Source: Mayamaea pseudoterrestris (Eukaryota). Taken from it: a stretch of DNA of 64,000 nucleotides. The notes beneath the pieces are model-generated. The model had not been told where the DNA came from and searched no databases. It saw nothing but the letters and a program-made list of their open reading frames with translations. A program made the position numbers and the translations under genes. Location of the stretch: positions 496,001-560,000 of the forward strand of contig BROI01000010.1 of NCBI GenBank assembly GCA_027923505.1, read 5' to 3'. This document shows, in pieces, positions 52,501 to 64,000 of this stretch (within the stretch, counting starts at the first letter, position 1; each line of letters starts with the position of its first letter).

Positions 52501-55500
52501 TGGTGTAATTTGGGCACCTACAGGGCTTGCTGTAGGGGCGTTTGAATGCCATGGCATCTGCGGGCTGAGACTGGTGACAAGTTGTCACCAAATACATTGC
52601 CATCCCCTGAGACACCAACCAAGCCTACCATCTTGTAACGCAGCCTAAAAAAGGATGTTGGCACCATTCTGGTGCAATTTGGGCACCTACAGGGCTTGCT
52701 GTAGGGGCGTTTGAATGTCATGGCATCTGCGGGCTGAGACTGGTGACAAGTTGTCACCAAATACATTGCCATTGCGTGAGACACCAGCCAAGCCTACCAT
52801 CTTGTAGCGCAGCCTGAATAATGATGTTGTCACCATTCTGGTGTATTTTGGGCACCTACAGGGCTTGCTGTTTAGGGGCGTTTGAATGTCATGGCATCTG
52901 CCGAGTGAGACTGGTGACAAGTTATCACCAAATACATTGCCATCCCCTGAGACACCTGCCAAGCCTACCATCTTGTAGCGCAGCCTGAATAAGGATGTTG
53001 GTACCATTCGGGTGTATTTTGGGCACCTACAGGGCTTGCTGTTTAGGGGCGTTTGAATGTCACGGCATCTGCGGGCTGAAACTGGTGACAAGTTGTCACC
53101 AAAATCATTTCCATTGCGTGAGACACCAGCCAAGCCTACCATCTTGTAGCGCAGCCTGAATAATGATGTTGTCACCATTCTGGTGTATTTTGGGCACCTA
53201 CAGGGCTTGCTGTTTAGGGGTGTTTGAATGTCACGGCATCTGCCGTGTGAGACTGGTGACAAGTTATCACCAGATACATTGCCATCCCCTGAGACACCAA
53301 CCAAGCCTACCATCTTGTAGCGCAGCCTAAAAAAGGATGTTGGCACCATTCTGGTGTAATTTGGGCACCAACAGGGCTTGCTGTCGGGGCGTTTGAATGT
53401 CATGGCATCTGCGGCCTGAGACTGGTGACAAGTTGTCACCAGATACATTGCCATCCCCTGAGACACCAACCAAGCCTACCATCTTGTAGCTCATCCTAAA
53501 CAATGATGTTGGCACCAGTCTGGTGTAATTTTGGGCACCTACAGGGCTTGCTGTATGGGCGTTTGAATGTCATGGGATCTGCAGGCTGAGACTGGTGACA
53601 AGTTGTCACCAAATACATTGCCATACCCTGAGACACCAACCAAGCCTATCATCTTGTAGCGCAGCCTGAAAAAGAATGTTGGCACCATTCTGGTGTAATT
53701 TGGGCACCTACCGGGCTTGTTGTAGGGGCGTTTGAATGTCAAGGCACCTGCAGGCTGAGATTGGTGACAAGTTGTCACCAAATACATTGCCATCCCCTGA
53801 GACACCAACCAAGCCTACCTTCGTGTAGCGCAGCCTGAAAAAGGATGTTGGCACCATTCTGGTGTAATTTGGGCACCTACCGGGCTTGCTGTAGGGGCGT
53901 TTGAATGTCAAGGCACCTGCAGGCTGAGATTGGTGACAAGTTGTCACCAAATACATTGCCATCCCCTGAGACACCAACCAAGCCTACCTTCGTGTAGCGC
54001 AGCCTGAAAAAGGATGTTGGCACCATTCTGGTGTAATTTGGGCACCTACAGGGCTTGCTGTAGGGGGGTTTGAATGTCATGGCATCTGCGGGCTGAGACT
54101 GGTGACAAGTTGTCACCAAATACATTTCCATCCCCTGAGACACCAGCCAAGCCTACCATCTTGTAGCGCAGCCTAAAAAAAGATGTTGGCACCATTCTGG
54201 TGTAATTTGGGCACCTACAGGGCTTGCTGTAGGGGCATTTGAATGTCATGGCATGTGCAGGCTGAGACTAGTGACAAGTTGTCACCAAATACATTGTCAT
54301 CCCCTGAGACACCAACCAAGCCTACCACATTGTAGCGCAGCCTGAAAAAGGATGTTGGCACCATTCTGGTGTAATTTGGGCACCTACCGGGCTTGCTGTA
54401 GGGGCGTTTGAATGTCAAGGCACCTGCAGGCTGAGATTGGTGACAAGTTGTCACCAAATACATTGCCATCCCCTGAGACACCAACCAAGCCTACCATCGT
54501 GTAGCGCAGCCTAAAAAAGGATGTTGGCACCATTCTCGTGTAATTTGGGCACCTACAGGGCTTGCTGTAGGGGCGTTTGAATGTCATGGCATCTGCGGGC
54601 TGAGACTGGTGACAAGTTGTCACCAAATACATTGCCATTGCGTGAGACACCAGCCAAGTCTACCATCTTGTAGCGCAGCCTGAATAATGATGTGGTCACC
54701 ATTCTGGTGTATTTTGGGCACCTACAGGGCTTGCTGTTTAGGGGCGTTTGAATGTCATGGCATCTGCCAAGTGAGACTGGTGACAAGTTATCACCAAATA
54801 CATTGCCATCCCCTGAGACACCTGCCAAGCCTACCATCTTGTAGCGCAGCCTGAATAAGGATGTTGGTACCATTCTGGTGTAATTTGGGCACCTACAGGG
54901 CTTGCTGTTTAGGGGCGTTTGAATGTCACGGCATCTGCGGGCTGAAACTGGTGACAAGTTGTCACCAAATACATTGCCATCCCCTGAGACACCAACCAAG
55001 CCTACCATCGTGTAGCGCAGCCTAAAAAAGGATGTTGGCACCATTCTCGTGTAATTTGGGCACCTACAGGGCTTGCTGTAGGGGCGTTTGAATGTCATGG
55101 CATCTGCGGGCTGAGACTGGTGACAAGTTGTCACCAAATACATTGCCATTGCGTGAGACACCAGCCAAGCCTACCATCTTGTAGCGCAGCCTGAATAATG
55201 ATGTGGTCACCATTCTGGTGTATTTTGGGCACCTACAGGGCTTGCTGTTTAGGGGCGTTTGAATGTCATGGCATCTGCCAAGTGAGACTGGTGACAAGTT
55301 ATCACCAAATACATTGCCATCCCCTGAGACACCTGCCAAGCCTACCATCTTGTAGCGCAGCCTGAATAAGGATGTTGGTACCATTCTGGTGTAATTTGGG
55401 CACCTACAGGGCTTGCTGTTTAGGGGCGTTTGAATGTCACGGCATCTGCGGGCTGAAACTGGTGACAAGTTGTCACCAAATACATTTCCATCCCCTGAGA

Positions 55501-57129
55501 CACCAGCCAAGCCTACCATCTTGTAGCGCAGCCTAAAAAAAGATGTTGGCACCATTCTGGTGTAATTTGGGCACCTACAGGGCTTGCTGTAGGGGCATTT
55601 GAATGTCATGGCATGTGCAGGCTGAGACTAGTGACAAGTTGTCACCAAATACATTGTCATCCCCTGAGACACCAACCAAGCCTACCACATTGTAGCGCAG
55701 CCTGAAAAAGGATGTTGGCACCATTCTGGTGTAATTTGGGCACCTACCGGGCTTGCTGTAGGTGCGTTTGAATGTCAAGGCACCTGCAGGCTGAGATTGG
55801 TGACAAGTTGTCACCAAATACATTGCCATCCCCTGAGACACCAACCAAGCCTACCATCTTGTAGCGCAGCCTTAAAAAGGATGTTGGCACCATTCTGGTG
55901 TAATTTGGGCACCTACAGGGCTTGCTGTAGGGGCGTTTGAATGTCATGGCATCTGCGGGCTGAGACTGGTGACAAGTTGTCACCAAATACATTGCCATTG
56001 CGTGAGACACCAGCCAAGCCTACCATCTTGTAGCGCAGCCTGAATAATGATGTGGTCACCATTCTGGTGTATTTTGGGCACCTACAGGGCTTGCTGTTTA
56101 GGGGCGTTTGAATGTCATGGCATCTGCCGAGTGAGACTGGTGACAAGTTATCACCAAATACATTGCCATCCCCTGAGACACCTGCCAAGCCTACCATCTT
56201 GTAGCGCAGCCTGAATAAGGATGTTGGTACCATTCTGGTGTAATTTGGGCACCTACAGGGCTTGCTGTTTAGGGGCGTTTGAATGTCACAGCATCTGCGG
56301 GCTGAAACTGGTGACAAGTTGTCACCAAAATCATTTCCATTGCGTGAGACACCAGCCAAGCCTACCATCTTGTAGCGCAGCCTGAATAATGATGTTGTCA
56401 CCATTCTGGTGTATTTTGGGCACCTACAGGGCTTGCTGTTTAGGGGCGTTTGAATGTCATGGCATCTGCCGAGTGAGACTGGTGACAAGTTTGCCATTGC
56501 GTGAGACACCAGCCAAGCCTACCATCTTGTAGCGCAGCCTGAATAATGATGTGGTCACCATTCTGGTGTATTTTGGGCACCTACAGGGCTTGCTGTTTAG
56601 GGGCGTTTGAATGTCATGGCACCTGCAGGCTGAGATTGGTGACAAGTTGTCACCAAATACACTGCCATCCCCTAAGATACCAGCCAAGCCTACCATCTTG
56701 TAGCGCAGCCTGAAAAAGGATGTTGGCACCCATTCTGGTGTATTTTGGGCACCTACAGGGCTTGCTGTAGGGGCGTTTGAATGTCACGGCACCTGCGGGC
56801 TGAGACTGGTGACAAGTTGTCACCCAATACATTGCCATCCCCTGAGATACCAGCCGAGCTTACCAACTTGTAGAGCAGCCTGAATAATGATGTTGGCTAT
56901 TCTGGTGTATTTTGGGCACCTACAGGGCTTGCTGAAGGGGCGTTTGAATGTCACGGCATCTGCAGGCTGAGACTGGTGACAAGTTGTCACCAGATACATT
57001 GCCATCCCCTGAGACACCGGCAAAGCTTACCATCTTGTAGCGCAGCCTGAATAATGATGCTGGCACCATTCTGGTGTAATTCGGGCACCTACAGGACCTG
57101 TTGTTGGGGCGTTTGAATGTCACGGCATC
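49547..57129. repeat. Satellite A2 (~45 monomers; 169 bp plus 171-bp variants)
   Basis: The array resumes in phase after the TSD and ends ggcatc|cactgtagcacc at satellite C. Confidence 0.97.
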
Positions 57130-57450
57130 CACTGTAGCACCATGGAGCAGGTTCCTGTGTGGATGTCTGGATTGCCCTCCCATACCATAGCTGCTAGGAA
57201 GCAGCTATGGATGATTTTTTTGCACAAATCTCACCGCAAGCATGTCCCCAAGCATGGCCACACAGAATGGATGGAGACTTCAATTGGGGGTAGATTTGGA
57301 AGGCCATGCACTGTGGCACCATGGAGCTGGTACCTGTGTGGATGTCTAGATTGCCCTCCCACACCGTAGCTGCTAAGAAGCAGCTATGGATGATTTTTTT
57401 GCACCAATCTCACCGCAAGCATAGCCAAAAGGATTAATGTAGCAAGTCTT
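57130..57450 (+). repeat. Satellite C, right block (~1.7 units), same orientation as the left block
   Basis: cactgtagcaccatggagc...ggattgccctcccatacc...cagctatggatgattttttt matches 25512-26264 directly. Confidence 0.9.
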
Positions 57451-57905
57451 CCCTTTAAACCCTCCAGTAAAATGACCAGGGTTGGGTGGGGTTTGGTGGT
57501 GGCTGGCAGTCAGGATGGCGTTCAGCTACTCAAACACACTCAATAGCCATAGCCATGGGCCATCCAGCTGTAATATGAGTCTCTGCGGCTGCTAGGCATG
57601 CATAAAGGATGTAGGATGTGCAATCCATTCAATGGTATACCCTTTAAACCCTCAAGTAAAATGACCAGGGTTGGATTTAGCATGGGTTTCAGCTACTCAA
57701 ACACACTCAATAGCCATAGCCATGGTCCAGCCAGATCCAATATGAGTCTTTGCGGTTGCTAGGCATGGGTTAAGGAAGTAGGATGTGCTGTCCCTTCTAC
57801 CAGTGTGGTATACCTTCAAATCCTCCAGTAAAATGACTGGTGTTAGGTGGGGTTTGGTGGTGGCTGGCAGGCAGCATGGGTTTCAGCTACTCAAACAAAC
57901 TCAAT
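57451..57905 (-). repeat. Satellite D, right copy (~2.5 units), inverted relative to the left copy
   Basis: Units start at ~57451, ~57640 and ~57813. ggctggcaggcagcatgggtttcagctactcaaac is nearly the reverse complement of gtttgagtagctgaaacccatgttgcctgccagcc at 25458-25492. Confidence 0.87.
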
Positions 57906-58808
57906 GGTACACCTACAAACACAGTGACTGTGCAAAAGTAGTGTTTGATCCTCAAACTCAGGCTGGCCTATGAGTAGACAATATCTTCAGGGGGAAGCCA
58001 CTTGTTACCCCCGACCTGGTCGCCAATGGTTTATGTGGTCCAAACTTCCACAATACTGGATCGGCGGTGCCACAAGAACCAATGACTCCCAGTAAAGAAT
58101 GGTTCCAAGGCTTGGAAGTCCAAAAAAAGCGCGCGGGGTTCTCCTTGTGCGGCAATTGCTCAAAGGGAATCAAACTCTTCCAGCGGTGGCCTGTCATGTC
58201 ATTGTTTCTGTCAAGGTTAGAGCCTGAGACTACTGTGTGCATTGGTTTAAGAAAATAGATGATGGGCAATGGTGTAAGAAAATATCAGATTTAATAATTT
58301 TAGTAATTTTAGAGTAAGTGACAATGGACATACCTTTGTGCAGTGCAGCTTGTGAAGATGAATCCTTGGAGTTTTTATGATTCCATGAACCTCTTACTCG
58401 TACAATTCTTGTATGACATACCGGTATTTCGACACCTTGTTTCATCCGTGATAGCTAGATTGTTCGCGGTAGGAAAAAATGGAATATACATCGCTCCGCG
58501 ACTCACGTTGACATCCTAAAGCCACACGACGACGACGACGACCCCGACCCCTTCATCACACAACTCACAGTCAGTCTCTGATAGAGAGCAGAAAGACGCT
58601 ACAACGTTTTGGTCCAGTAGATACACCATTGGCTGGTTGCTGCAGCGATACAAGGTATTGAATTGAGCAAGCAAATATATTCCATTGGCCAAACGCATCG
58701 CATTTTTCATTGCAATTCCAAGGCTGCAAGAATATCATCTTAGAACAATTACAAATCACATCTCGAGGGCCCGCGCCTTTTTTTTTGCTTCAACGAAAAG
58801 GTATAACG

Positions 58809-59477
58809 ATGACGGTATCAACCGTATATTACAAGCTCTTGGGTCCAGCGTATACACGGACGTTTCGTTGCCTCTGGATGCTGGAGGAAGTTGGTTGCAA
58901 ATACGAGATTGATCAAGCTTTTCGACCGTCATCACGCAAGGTGACGGCTTATAACTCTGCAGGAAAGGTTCCAGTATTGTTGGAATACAGCAGTCAAACG
59001 GACAAGGAGCCGTCGTTTTGTTTAACCGAGTCGACTGCGATTAACACGTACCTCGGTCAAGGAACAAATCTTGTACCAACTGAAAAGCATGAGCGAGCGA
59101 CATACGACGCTACCATTGCATATTTACTGTCCGAAGTCGATGCTCCGATTTGGTTCATGGCAAAGCATACGCTAGAGCCGCTGAAACAATTCTTTGGAGC
59201 GCTTCCGGATTGTGTCGAGCCATGCACCAAGGAATTAACGCGAGCGCACGCGCGACTTGTACCAACCCTCTCTCCATATTTGCTTGGTTCAACTTTCACA
59301 GCAGCGGACATTTTGTACTGTCACTGTCTAGAGTGGCAACGAAGTACGAACAAGGAGCTGATTCTGGACGATGCTTTGAAGAACTACATGCGCCAGTGTC
59401 GCGAGCGACCAGCCTATCAACGAGCTCATGCGATTCGCAAGTCTTCACAACAAATAACTCCCGCAGCGAATTTATAA
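58809..59477 (+). CDS. Glutathione S-transferase family protein
   Basis: From ATG 58809: TRTFRCLWMLEEVG, NSAGKVPVL, LTESTAINTYL (GST-N) and YLLGSTFTAADI, YMRQCRERPAYQRA (GST-C). Confidence 0.9.
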   Translation: MTVSTVYYKLLGPAYTRTFRCLWMLEEVGCKYEIDQAFRPSSRKVTAYNSAGKVPVLLEYSSQTDKEPSFCLTESTAINTYLGQGTNLVPTEKHERATYDATIAYLLSEVDAPIWFMAKHTLEPLKQFFGALPDCVEPCTKELTRAHARLVPTLSPYLLGSTFTAADILYCHCLEWQRSTNKELILDDALKNYMRQCRERPAYQRAHAIRKSSQQITPAANL

Positions 59478-59516
59478 ATGGTGCGATCATTATGTGTATT
59501 TCGTTTTGTTTGACGT

Positions 59517-60299
59517 TTATTCACTATTCTTTTGCTGTGACTCGAGTAGCCTGACGCTAATAACAGCCAAAGCAATGATTAGAGCAACAAGGCAAACCGA
59601 GCCAGCGAGGACAACGATAAGCATGGCGAGCGGTGCAGCCCTGCGCTTGTCAGTATCGTTTAAAATAGCGTCGTCATCAGTAGTCACATCGCTTACACTG
59701 TTTCCTCTCTGGTCTTCCGTCTGCGGCAATTCGGTGGAAGGATCTGCTGCAGTAGATTCGAGAGGCGATCCAGTAGTGTCACCGTTATTACTGCCTTTTT
59801 CACTCACTTCCTCGTTGCTCCGTATAGGCATGTGATAGTCCATTGTCACTGCTTTGTTGGATTGTCGTGGAAACGGCTTGTCATCCTCATCGCTGTCGTC
59901 ATGGCCTTCGCCTGCAGCATCATACTCGAAAGTACCTGCGGCCAAAGTGAGCGATGGTCGGCGCCCGTTGTCGACTTTCGACTCGAAACTAGCCCTAGAC
60001 CTCGTTTGTTGTGGTCGCATCGATATATTTTCGTTCTTTGCTCTTGACTGAATTGAGGCGCGGTTGTCAATTCGTTTTGACGGCGGTTGGAGAGCTTCCG
60101 CTGTGACAATTGCGGGTGTGTCTTCGGTGACAGATTTATTGTCAGTCGATATTCGAGCATAGCCGCGTGCGAGATTCATCATTGTCGAAGTGATACAAGC
60201 CAAGCCAGGTGGACAGTCTTCAAGCTCGTGAGGTGATCGCGCGCTTAATTTTGCGAATCGTCGCGTCATCGCCTTCGTAGAGTTTCCATTGCCATCCAT
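59517..60299 (-). CDS. Hypothetical protein: disordered acidic region with a single C-terminal transmembrane helix
   Basis: 260-aa ORF with the hydrophobic stretch APLAMLIVVLAGSVCLVALIIALAVISV near the C-terminus; start uncertain. Confidence 0.55.
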   Translation of the reverse strand: MDGNGNSTKAMTRRFAKLSARSPHELEDCPPGLACITSTMMNLARGYARISTDNKSVTEDTPAIVTAEALQPPSKRIDNRASIQSRAKNENISMRPQQTRSRASFESKVDNGRRPSLTLAAGTFEYDAAGEGHDDSDEDDKPFPRQSNKAVTMDYHMPIRSNEEVSEKGSNNGDTTGSPLESTAADPSTELPQTEDQRGNSVSDVTTDDDAILNDTDKRRAAPLAMLIVVLAGSVCLVALIIALAVISVRLLESQQKNSE

Positions 60300-61043
60300 G
60301 CATCGGATTTTCCTGTTGTAGGCAAGGTATCTTCTGATCCCTCATTTGTAATATCAGAACGCATGAATTTTGCAAGCCAGCTCGATGGTCTGTAAATCTC
60401 TTTACCATTAGTCAAGCAGCAAGCTCATCGCTGCCTCCGACAAGTAAACGTGTCTCCGTTCGTGGCGAGCCAACTGAAGTCGAGTTTCGCACGACCGATT
60501 ACCTCCAGAAACAATACTGAAAAGACAAATATCAAACTTTTTGATGACTCAATTTTGACGCTCGAAGCAAACGATTGGCTATTTTGTTTGGGCATGTTTG
60601 CTTTTATGAATCATGGACCTCATCGAAGGCAATATCAACCATGAAAACTGATGACGCCATTTCTTCCTGTCAGGTCCGCCGCGTCAATTTACTATAAGAT
60701 GACACGGGTCTGAGGGTCTTGACAGTTGATGGGTTATATCTGACAATGTCGTGGAACGCGATTATTATGACCAGAAAATGACCCGGGCAATGTTCGACCA
60801 CGCCATTGGTCGCGTTGCGGGACGTTACGCACGACTCGAAAACCCAATCGATCATTGAAGACGCCGTCCAAAATGACCATAGACTGCCGCCAGCAGTCTG
60901 CTGCCTCATTTTTGTTGCTGAAGCCACGAAAGGACCTCCGCAAGGCTCTTTACCATTCTAGCTCAGTTGATTCAAACCAATCAGTACTGTTACAGAGCGA
61001 TTGATCAAATCGAGCAGTTGTAAACCAATAATTGACCGGTAAC

Positions 61044-63346
61044 ATGAAGGGCTTTGCCACCTCCGCTTTGCCGTCCATCCTCTCGAGCTTGCTTCTCGTT
61101 GGTTCGACGCTTGCGGATTCGAGCACTTTTGGACCCTTTCCTAATGGCGTTCCAGGCTCCGGATATGGCTGCGAGAATAAATGCAATTCTGGTGACAAGA
61201 ACTACGTCATTTATGCTAAAATTCGTACCTATAATATGGTTAACAGTGGTCAAGTCGACACTCCCCAACCGCTCTCGCCGGACGGTAACGATATTGCCTA
61301 CATGACTCGCACCTTTATCGGCAAACCATCGGATAGTAGTCCATTCTGCCAGAATGGATATGACGGAACCACTGGTCCGCTCGGTCCCTGTCTCTCGGTG
61401 AATCCTGGCGAAACAATGAATGTGAAAATCATCAACAAAATGGACGATGGCGTTGACACATTCAGTCAAGTCCCTGCCGATGCCAGTCAATTCTTTTCCT
61501 TTATTGATTCCATTCCGGAAGGCGCGCTTCCTGGGCTGCGGGCCAGTTCGGCGGCCGATCTAAACGTTCTGAACGAGGAGGACATGCCAGGCGTGCATGT
61601 AAGCTTTGACGACACGAACCTTCACGTCCATGGGCTGCACGTTGTTCCGCACATGTTTTATCCCATGGGCACAAACAATCCCGATGCAGATTGGATTACC
61701 ATTACGGTGAGTAGCGAGAGCGCAACTTGGTATGCAGTGACTAAAGAGTTTCGCGCGTTTGCATTTCTCAAACTAGCCTCCTATAATCGCTTTTACAGCC
61801 CAAGTCGGAGAATAAAAATACGCAGTGTTTTTGCTACGTCTTTAAAGTGCCCGAGGATCATCCGCAGGGAACGTTCTTTTGGCACATTCATCGTCACGGA
61901 TCGGCGGCCATGCAGGGATGGCAGGGAATGTTTGGGTATCTGTTTGTTGGCGACGAAAACAACGCTGGATCACCGTTCAAACAACTCGCCAATCAAGGAG
62001 TCACGCACTGGGAGCCTTTAATGTTTTGGGAATTCCAAGCCAATGTTACAAACATCTTTCCGAGCAACAAGAACGTACATACCTTGGCTGAAGGACAGTA
62101 TATGGAAATTTTTACCCACGAGAATGAACCCGACAAGCAGCAATTCTTTTACCCTGTGAACAACCAGTTCTTTCCCACATTCAACCAGGAGGTGAATGAA
62201 ATTGTCTACTACCCTATGCTTAACGGTCAAACATCGGCCGGCATTGGCTTGTATATTTTGGATGAAAATGACAATTTGGTGCCCTTTTACAAATTCTCAA
62301 GCGATGGTTACATGTATGGGCCGGATGGGCAAGGCAACTCCGTTTATCAGCAGGACATGCTCATTGTCGGACCATCGCAGCGGGAGGGCTTGCTGCTGCA
62401 ATTCACCACGCCGGGCAACTACCGCATTATGAACCACCGCATCATTCCGACGCAGCGAAATGGCGCCTTTCCGAACGGCTACTCGGATCAAGTGACGCAT
62501 CTCGGAGCCACCATTATTGTCACGGCTGGCGCAACGACCTACGTTAATCCACTGACACTAGATTTTACCAAGGGAGTTTCGACAGTGATTGACACGGAAA
62601 ACATTGTGCGACATACGACGGTTACCTTTGACATTGACATTCAGCAAGACAATGCACCGTTTGCGCAGTTTGAAGTAAACAACAAACTGTATGATACATC
62701 CGACGTGGACGACATTTTCGAAGTGACCGTGGCCAAGGCGGAGCGATGGACGGTCAATTCGGCCAATTTGGACGTTTCGCATCCGTTCCACATTCACGTG
62801 AATCCATTCCAGGTGGATGGCATTGAAACCGACTCTGTCGTTGGGGAGCTACAAGGTGTCTCGATCGCCGATACATGGGAAAGCAGCAACTACAGTCCGA
62901 TTGGAATGTGGCGCGACACGGTGTTTGTTCCACCAAAGGGGTCGGTGGACTTGGTTCAACAATATGGGGACGGCGTCGTTGCCTTCGCTGGGAAGACAGT
63001 TTTTCACTGCCATTACTTGGAGCATGAGGATCAAGGTATGATCAAGAATCTACTGATTGACTCGTCACCTCCAGTTTGCGTCGCAAGTCAACAAAAATGT
63101 TTTACCAGCTCGGATTGCTGCGGTTACGCCGATGTGAATCCACTAGCTCGATGCAGCGAAAAGGGGAAGTGCTGCAAAAACATGGGAGCTCCGTGTTCCA
63201 AGGACGCCGACTGCTGCAACGGTGGAAAAAGTGCATTGTGTTCCAGTAGGAAATGCGTGAAATGCAAGCAACGGGGTAAATCGTGCAAAGCCAATGCGGA
63301 TTGCTGCTCGAAGAGTTGCAATACCAGCACAAAGCGGTGCAAATGA
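61044..63346 (+). CDS. Secreted multicopper oxidase with C-terminal Cys-rich repeats; exons 61044-61706 and 61799-63346 (736 aa)
   Basis: Signal peptide MKGFATSALPSILSSLLLVGSTLA. Copper motifs NLHVHG, WHIHRHG, HPFHIH and HCHYLEHEDQGM. A phase-0 92-bp intron GTGAGT...TTTTACAG joins the two ORF-track frames (WITIT|PKSENK...). Confidence 0.92.
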
Positions 63347-63588
63347 TAGCGCATCTCGCTCCGCTGTACTATTAAAATATTGTGGGGTCTTTCTTAGTAG
63401 CATTGCTGCATTACCTTTGATGGACATAGTGAGCATGACGCGCATAGACAGGAGCTGTGGTAGTATTGGTAGCCGCGAGAAGTTTCCCGCGTCGGAAAGG
63501 TCGTAGCAGTGACTATGCGACATTCGCAGTGTTTCCGCATCGCGACGATTGGAGGTGCCAATGGATTCGTCGGTACGTAACTGCAAAG

Positions 63589-64000
63589 ATGAAGGCGCTG
63601 GCAGTAGCAAGCTTATCGGCTCTTCTAGCTGCTAAAGATTGCAATGGATGGGTAAATACGATCCATAAGAAATCAGCGATTGCAGCCTCATTCCGCAGCG
63701 TAACAACGAACCAATGTGACGACGAACGAATTTCACGCGTTTTATCGTTTACCAGCGACAATGCATACTGTCAATGGCAGCATAATAAAGACAACGGGAA
63801 TGACAAGATTAAAGCTGCTTGCTATAGTATATCTCGATTTTCCGCGGTAGCAAGCCTTGCAGGTCCTCTTGCTTTGTTCATGACCCTGCCATCACCAGCG
63901 TCGGCTTTTTCGCTGCAGCATATGCCGCCATTACAGCCGCAAACCGAATCATTATCAAATACTCACCTCCAACATAAAGAACCAAGACCAAGCAATCTTC
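63589..64000 (+). CDS. Partial ORF running off the window; putative plastid- or thylakoid-targeted protein
   Basis: Manual translation is open from ATG 63589 to the window end: MKALAVASLSALLAAKDCNG|WVNT... followed by a second hydrophobic segment SRFSAVASLAGPLALFMTLPSPASA|F. Confidence 0.5.
   Translation, partial: MKALAVASLSALLAAKDCNGWVNTIHKKSAIAASFRSVTTNQCDDERISRVLSFTSDNAYCQWQHNKDNGNDKIKAACYSISRFSAVASLAGPLALFMTLPSPASAFSLQHMPPLQPQTESLSNTHLQHKEPRPSNL

Noticed and set aside
143..57183. The many 60-260 aa ORFs in satellite A (MTPEWCQHH..., MVSQGMAMYLVTT...)
   Set aside because: They are translations of a 169-bp repeat (not a multiple of 3) that cycle through frames and hit stops. The longer ones arise only where 171-bp variants or indels keep the frame.
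58710..58808. N-terminal extension of the GST ORF given in the track
   Set aside because: It starts at a non-ATG codon; the GST fold begins right after ATG 58809.
61707..62021. Two separate oxidase genes or a frameshifted pseudogene (tracks 61032-62021 and 61847-63346)
   Set aside because: A canonical 92-bp GT-AG intron (61707-61798) joins them into one in-frame gene.

Overview
This is eukaryotic nuclear DNA, most likely from a diatom or another secondary-plastid stramenopile (nuclear petC with an AFAP bipartite presequence, a CoDi-like Ty1/copia element, a GT-AG intron). About 70% of the window is tandem satellite from four families with nucleosome-sized monomers: A 169 bp, B 172+180 bp dimer, C ~183 bp, D ~190 bp. 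Layout: A1 array (1-6250), a (TTAGGG)2.7 scar, G-quadruplex-motif satellite B (6269-12919), A1 again and progressively degraded (to ~21120), then a ~4 kb gene island with petC. A 32.6 kb composite block follows, D>-C-A2-[copia]-A2-C-<D, bounded by inverted D repeats. The window ends with ordinary genes: a GST, a tail-anchored protein, a secreted multicopper oxidase with three knottin-like repeats, and a truncated plastid-targeted ORF. The copia element has identical 218-bp LTRs with reversed CA...TG termini, a 4-bp TSD at the edge of the satellite's 19-bp palindrome, a chromodomain-like module and an antisense ORF. The many short ORFs in the satellites are spurious. Some features (block duplications, the degraded stretch, the scrambled gag) may be assembly artefacts.
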